Below, piece after piece: positions 43,841 through 48,803 of a stretch of 48,803 nucleotides of DNA. Under the pieces are notes generated by a model. The model was not told the DNA's origin. It was given only the letters and a program-made list of their open reading frames with translations, and ran no database searches. Every line of letters begins with the position of its first letter. The stretch's first letter is position 1. The stretch is from Candidatus Woesearchaeota archaeon (GTDB lineage: Archaea > Nanobdellota > Nanobdellia > Woesearchaeales > DSVV01), in contig JBDRKY010000068.1 in NCBI GenBank assembly GCA_043813525.1, positions 1-48,803 of the forward strand, given 5' to 3'. Position numbers and translations under genes: made by a program.

Positions 43841-46800
43841 TCAAGTTTCTGCATATCTGATCTTTGCAGTGAGATCCTGCCAATATTTCATGACATACAT
43901 ATCCTGTTCATCATCTGAATCATATTCTGACATTGTCGGTGCTATGACAACAGCATAATTATTATTGCCATCAGCCATGCTCTTTCCTATTTCACCTTCT
44001 TTTGTTTTACTATCATGACAGATCAGTTCAGGCGCAGCTTCTTTTATAGTATCACATGATATCACACTACCATCAAACACATTAGTATAATTGATGGCAT
44101 AAAAATACTTCACCTTGCCAGCAAGATCAGACGATGATGGTTGAGAATCTGATTTCCTTTCAACAATACCAAAGATTTCTCTCATAACAGGTGTAGCAGG
44201 ATTTGAATTATCAAGATGTTTCGCATAATACAGCCTGTCAAAATCACTTATAGCAGAGATGATTGACATATCTTTGGTCTGTGCAATGATGTCTTTATTT
44301 TTCTCTTGATAAGATTTTATGCTTTTTACATGTTTGTTTATTGCATTTTGTGATGACACCACAGTTGTATAGAACATACCAAGATTAACAATTGAACTAT
44401 TAGAAAAAATTATTGCGTTGGTATAATTATTATAAAGCAAATGATCATTTTCACATTTCTTAAAAGAAATAAAAGGTTCTGTATCAAAATTAATGCCACC
44501 TGGATTTGTTTCACTAATAGTAGTTTTACAATCTTTTTCATTGTAAACCTTTGTTATAAGATTAAATAAATACTCACTGTTCAAAATACCTTTTGCATCT
44601 GATTCACCATAGAACAGCTTGCCAAGATCTTTCATGTTATGCATATCAACTGTTTTGGGTGCATTAGGAATACAGCTGCCAGGATCAATATCATTGCCAT
44701 CATCATCTTTATCATGCGCACATTCTTCATTATCACTGCAGTCATTATTATCAATGCAGTTAGCAACACATGTCCCTTTGCTGTATGCAGGTGCTTTATA
44801 GCAGGTATATCCTTTCCAAGACATGCCATCATCAGCTGCAGGACAGTCTGCATCAACACTGCACGCTGAAAAAGGATCAATAGTTTCCTGATTATATAAT
44901 ATTTCAGGTATTGTATCATAATCTATCCTTGGGTTTAAAGTTGTACCGATATAAACAGCATCTGGAAATTTTAATACACAGAAATTGTTATAATCATTCT
45001 CATCAACAAAAAGCTCTTCTGGCAGTTCAATATTATATTGGTTAAGCACATATTCAGGTGTATCGCAATGCAGCACAAAATCATCTGGTGAGCCATATTC
45101 TTCATTAACTGCAAAATTCCATAATGCAAAAGCTAAATATTTAGTTCTTGATGACCATTTAGCAGTCTTTGGCTCTTTAAAATTGCTGCCTGAATAAGTA
45201 GGTTCACAGAATCTATCGCCAATAAACATAGCTGGCTCTCTTGTACACAAAGAATTTGGCTGAGTATATTTTTCACATATATCAATCTCACGCTGGTCTT
45301 CATCATTCAAAGAATATGCTTTACTTTCAGGACATGCGCATGACCAGTCATCGATGCAATACTGCAATCCAACAATTTTAGGATCAGTCTCTCCTCCAAA
45401 CTTTTCACCATACCAGTTGTAAGATGCTTCTCCTAATTCCCATTTGCTGTTAGCGCATAGATAGATTTTCTTAGCATCGCCAGAACCTTTTGATTTCGTC
45501 TCACCATTAGCAACACATTTGCTTCCATCCCAACAATCCCCCTCAATACAGCATCCTTTATCAGAAATTATATTAGAACTTTTGAGGTCATCAGGCACTT
45601 CTGATTCCTTTAATTTTTCATATTCACTTGGATACCTGCCAAGCATTTGATATACAGAATCAGATTCATCTGGCTGAGCATATATATCCATACTGACCCA
45701 AGTATTGTTAGGCATACAATAAGCAAATTTAGCATCTCCATCCCACATATCATAATCATCCAAGAGGTAGAAGGAATCGCAATGATTGTGGACATTATTA
45801 CTATTTTTAATAAAAAGTTGATTATTTGGAGTAGATAAGGGGTTATAATTCTTATCACTAATTTTACTAAAAGCATAAGTATAACCCATATCTTTTAATG
45901 GTGCATTTGGATAGCTACATAATTGGAGTTCACCTTTATCATTAAGTATTGAAAAACTTGGAGGATAACATTGTATATGTAATTGTATATTATTATTATC
46001 ATTTGTAGTTTTTGATGATTCTTTTGGAACTACAGCTCCTTTATCACCATGAACATTAAAACAACATTGTTCTTGGTCTTTAACACTACCATCAATTATG
46101 TTAAGTTCAATTAAAGGATATTGAGGAGCAGGTATAAAATTTTGGCATGTGAATATATTATTAGAAATATATATCAAAGAGACAGATTGCATATATGATG
46201 AAGCTGGAACATTCTTCACTTCACCATGCCCAACAGCTTCACCCATATAACAGGCTTTGTTAGGCATTTTCCATACATCATCTCCGTCAACCTCAGCATT
46301 TAATGAATACAATTTTAGTTTATCTTTAGATAAAACATAATGTTCACCATCATCAGCAGTATCATGGAAATTTTCAAGAACTTTAACTTGTGGATTATAA
46401 GCAAATTTTCCACCGCAACAATGATGGCCTGTCCATGTTCCACCAAGATATAGATTGCAGATATTAAGATCATCAGAATCAACACCATCATTATCTTTAT
46501 CAAACTTTTTTAGGTCTGCTGAACTGTATTTAGCCACAATATCATAGATATAATCTGGTGCCATTGGATTTAATTTGAATTTATTATCATTAACATAAGG
46601 AACATTATCTTTGGTATAAGGCTTTTTTGCATTTGCATCGACACCAAAATAGTGTATTTCACCTGCTTCATGGCCAAACAACCATTCAAAATTATCACCT
46701 GTCTGATTAAAGAAATGATGACAATATAATGGTGCCCTCTTACCCTTAACATCATTCATCTTAAGGTATCTTACACCGACATCTGTTGTTGTTGTTGCAT

Positions 46801-48004
46801 CACCATACTTTGCTTGGAACAGATTCATAACTTGGTTCTCTGCTTCAGGATCAAAATCATTGATATAAGTGTCATAAGCACTGTGTATACCTGAGAATTG
46901 GGTTAGATAATTAGGTGTACAATACACATTTCGATAAGGATGATTTCCAACCTTAGAAGATGTCTGCCCTGATTGCGCTTCTGTAAATTTAACATCTTCA
47001 TATCCATATAAGCATAATTCATCTACTGTTTTTCCATCAGTCTTTCCATCATAATCATTAACACCATTCATTATCCATAGATAATCATCCCCACAGCATT
47101 CATCTTTTTGAGAAATCGCTTCTTTACCATCTGGACCAAAATTCCAGAAATTATTAAATTTTTTACCTACATTATCAATAGAAGGATAATCAATATTCAA
47201 ATGTTTACCTAAACATTTACTAACACCATCATTATAGCTTTCCCAATCAACCTCATATTCATATTTCCCATCATACACATGTGAATAATCATTTAATATC
47301 TCACCTTCTTCATATTGTGGAAGTTGTTTAATATAATAGTTCACAAACTCATCATCAGGAGTATTAACACAATCAGATGCAGATAAATCATCTATATTAT
47401 CATCTTCACAATTCTTAACTTGTTTTACAGATATTGGTCCTCCATATTTTAGCTCATTAGAACCATCTTCATTTTTATGGTATTCATGGTATAAATAATG
47501 CTGACCTTTAACATAAGTTTTACAAAAACCTTCATAAATAAAATTCTTCATGTTTTTTTTGTCTGACCTTATTCCAACATTATCATTTTCATTTTTAAAA
47601 TATGTTATTCCTATTTTATCATTTGAAGTAGTCCAATAATTAGTATTGTCTTTAGCGTTATAGCTTGTATCAACTGCGCATTCATCAGAACCTTCACAGA
47701 AATTCTTGAGAAAACCACCATCATAATCAGAAACAGTCATTTCCTTGAATATAGGATAACCTAAGATAGGTACCATACTTCCATCATCATTAATCTCATT
47801 TCTGACACATTCAAATCCAAGACCTAACTCAAGCAAAGAGCTGCCATAAAACTGTTCAGAATCAAAATCAGAACTTTCCTTACCACCAATAGCATCGCCA
47901 ACTTTAGGGTTAATTGTTGCTGTTGAGATTATTGAAGTAAGGCTAAGAAATAATAAGAGCATTGACAATATACATAATAGCAACAAACCTCTTTTTTTCT
48001 CCAT
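43841..48004 (-). CDS. Giant (1387 aa) secreted Cys-rich protein
   Basis: The track start at 48025 is TTG. The ATG at 48004 is preceded by AAGGAG 9 nt upstream. MEKKRGLLLLCILSMLLLFLSLTSIISTA signal. Cysteines throughout. No C-terminal TM. Confidence 0.8.
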   Translation of the reverse strand: MEKKRGLLLLCILSMLLLFLSLTSIISTATINPKVGDAIGGKESSDFDSEQFYGSSLLELGLGFECVRNEINDDGSMVPILGYPIFKEMTVSDYDGGFLKNFCEGSDECAVDTSYNAKDNTNYWTTSNDKIGITYFKNENDNVGIRSDKKNMKNFIYEGFCKTYVKGQHYLYHEYHKNEDGSNELKYGGPISVKQVKNCEDDNIDDLSASDCVNTPDDEFVNYYIKQLPQYEEGEILNDYSHVYDGKYEYEVDWESYNDGVSKCLGKHLNIDYPSIDNVGKKFNNFWNFGPDGKEAISQKDECCGDDYLWIMNGVNDYDGKTDGKTVDELCLYGYEDVKFTEAQSGQTSSKVGNHPYRNVYCTPNYLTQFSGIHSAYDTYINDFDPEAENQVMNLFQAKYGDATTTTDVGVRYLKMNDVKGKRAPLYCHHFFNQTGDNFEWLFGHEAGEIHYFGVDANAKKPYTKDNVPYVNDNKFKLNPMAPDYIYDIVAKYSSADLKKFDKDNDGVDSDDLNICNLYLGGTWTGHHCCGGKFAYNPQVKVLENFHDTADDGEHYVLSKDKLKLYSLNAEVDGDDVWKMPNKACYMGEAVGHGEVKNVPASSYMQSVSLIYISNNIFTCQNFIPAPQYPLIELNIIDGSVKDQEQCCFNVHGDKGAVVPKESSKTTNDNNNIQLHIQCYPPSFSILNDKGELQLCSYPNAPLKDMGYTYAFSKISDKNYNPLSTPNNQLFIKNSNNVHNHCDSFYLLDDYDMWDGDAKFAYCMPNNTWVSMDIYAQPDESDSVYQMLGRYPSEYEKLKESEVPDDLKSSNIISDKGCCIEGDCWDGSKCVANGETKSKGSGDAKKIYLCANSKWELGEASYNWYGEKFGGETDPKIVGLQYCIDDWSCACPESKAYSLNDEDQREIDICEKYTQPNSLCTREPAMFIGDRFCEPTYSGSNFKEPKTAKWSSRTKYLAFALWNFAVNEEYGSPDDFVLHCDTPEYVLNQYNIELPEELFVDENDYNNFCVLKFPDAVYIGTTLNPRIDYDTIPEILYNQETIDPFSACSVDADCPAADDGMSWKGYTCYKAPAYSKGTCVANCIDNNDCSDNEECAHDKDDDGNDIDPGSCIPNAPKTVDMHNMKDLGKLFYGESDAKGILNSEYLFNLITKVYNEKDCKTTISETNPGGINFDTEPFISFKKCENDHLLYNNYTNAIIFSNSSIVNLGMFYTTVVSSQNAINKHVKSIKSYQEKNKDIIAQTKDMSIISAISDFDRLYYAKHLDNSNPATPVMREIFGIVERKSDSQPSSSDLAGKVKYFYAINYTNVFDGSVISCDTIKEAAPELICHDSKTKEGEIGKSMADGNNNYAVVIAPTMSEYDSDDEQDMYVMKYWQDLTAKIRYAET

Positions 48005-48259
48005 ATATACACACTCCTTTTTCAAACTTCAGCAAACAACAGCAAAAGATAAGATAAAAATGCTAAATAGCTGATAAATGATATTATATCTTAGGTAATA
48101 ATGCAAGTCAGTAGACTTACAATTATTATAATCTTATTTTTTATATATATAAAGTTTCTGATTTTTAATAGATTTTATATTTTTAATTTATTTATATATC
48201 AATAAAAATATAAAAGCAAAAAATATTAATACCTGCACTTTTAGAAAGATAATAATCTA

Positions 48260-48661
48260 ATGACAAATCTAGATATGTATGTCAAAAAAGAGTTAAGCAA
48301 GGGTTTTTCAAAAAAAGAGGTAAAAGCTGTTTTGCTTAAGGCAGGCTGGCCTGAGAATGAAGTAGATAATGCTCTAGAAAATGTGAAAGAGACTGAATTT
48401 CCACAACATAAGATAAAAACAAGAAAATTCTGGATTATATTAATAGTTATACTTATTATTGTATTATTAATTGGAAGTGTGTTATATGTTTATAGTTATC
48501 ACAAACCAAAAATTATAAAAGAATGCACAGATAAAAAAAGTTATATAGGCGCTTATAACTGTTTATTAGAACATGGTCTTTTAAAACCAGATAAAGCAGA
48601 TGATAATTGTATTGACATATCTGATGAGATAGAAAAAGAAAGATGTTATTCTAAACAATAA
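48260..48661 (+). CDS. Small single-pass membrane protein
   Basis: 133 aa. N-terminal KGFSKKEVKAVLLKAGWPENEVDNAL helix-pair motif, TM FWIILIVILIIVLLIGSVLYV, and a Cys-containing C-terminal part. Confidence 0.5.
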   Translation: MTNLDMYVKKELSKGFSKKEVKAVLLKAGWPENEVDNALENVKETEFPQHKIKTRKFWIILIVILIIVLLIGSVLYVYSYHKPKIIKECTDKKSYIGAYNCLLEHGLLKPDKADDNCIDISDEIEKERCYSKQ

Positions 48662-48663
48662 AA

Positions 48664-48803
48664 ATGAAACACATAACAAAAAAATGGTTTTTTACAATTT
48701 ATATATTTATATTGATATTCTTTGTAATGCATAGCGCATATTCTGAAACATTAGAGATTAATCATGAAGTTAGTGATGTTGGAAAAATAGGTAGCAGTGA
48801 TTG
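48664..48803 (+). CDS. 5' fragment of a secreted protein gene running off the window
   Basis: ATG at 48664, open to the window end. Hand translation: MKHITKKWFFTIYIFILIFFVMHSAYSETLEINHEV... Confidence 0.35.
   Translation, partial: MKHITKKWFFTIYIFILIFFVMHSAYSETLEINHEVSDVGKIGSSD

Noticed and set aside
1-48803. Search for rRNA genes, CRISPR arrays, transposases, integrases, toxin-antitoxin pairs or recognisable defence genes
   Set aside because: Reading both strands turned up no spaced direct-repeat arrays, no DDE/tyrosine-recombinase-like ORFs and no rRNA-like GC-rich conserved stretches.

Overview
AT-rich, gene-dense fragment that reads as a small archaeal, DPANN-like genome. Evidence for that reading: BRE/TATA-like boxes 22-35 nt upstream of many ATGs, TrmB and AbrB-PhoU regulators, class III (pilin-type) signal peptides, and a CCA-less tRNA gene interrupted by insertions. 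Contents: (i) 1-400 holds two non-coding dyad-symmetric elements. (ii) A minus-strand four-gene operon (non-canonical radical-SAM-like enzyme, small unknown, DapA-family aldolase, Glu/Leu-type amino-acid dehydrogenase) lies divergent from a TrmB regulator. (iii) Housekeeping and envelope genes: bacterial-type CoaE, a 1248-aa S8 subtilase, Nudix, CPA2 antiporter, EamA transporter, and a TPR plus kinase-like protein. (iv) A complete pyrB-pyrI-pyrD-pyrK::pyrC-pyrE-(LOG-like)-pyrF operon contains a PyrK-dihydroorotase fusion ORF. (v) The most interesting region is 30.9-48.0 kb: co-directional minus-strand genes for five small pilin-like proteins, a 792-aa protein with a pilin-type N-terminus, and two giant Cys-rich surface proteins. 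One giant protein is 2405 aa with a TM anchor and a Lys-rich cytoplasmic tail; the other is a 1387-aa secreted protein. No assembly ATPase, platform protein or prepilin peptidase is in the window. No rRNA, CRISPR array, transposase or integrase was seen. All family assignments come from motif recognition by eye; no database search was run. Several ORF-track starts are GTG/TTG, and I moved them to nearby in-frame ATGs.
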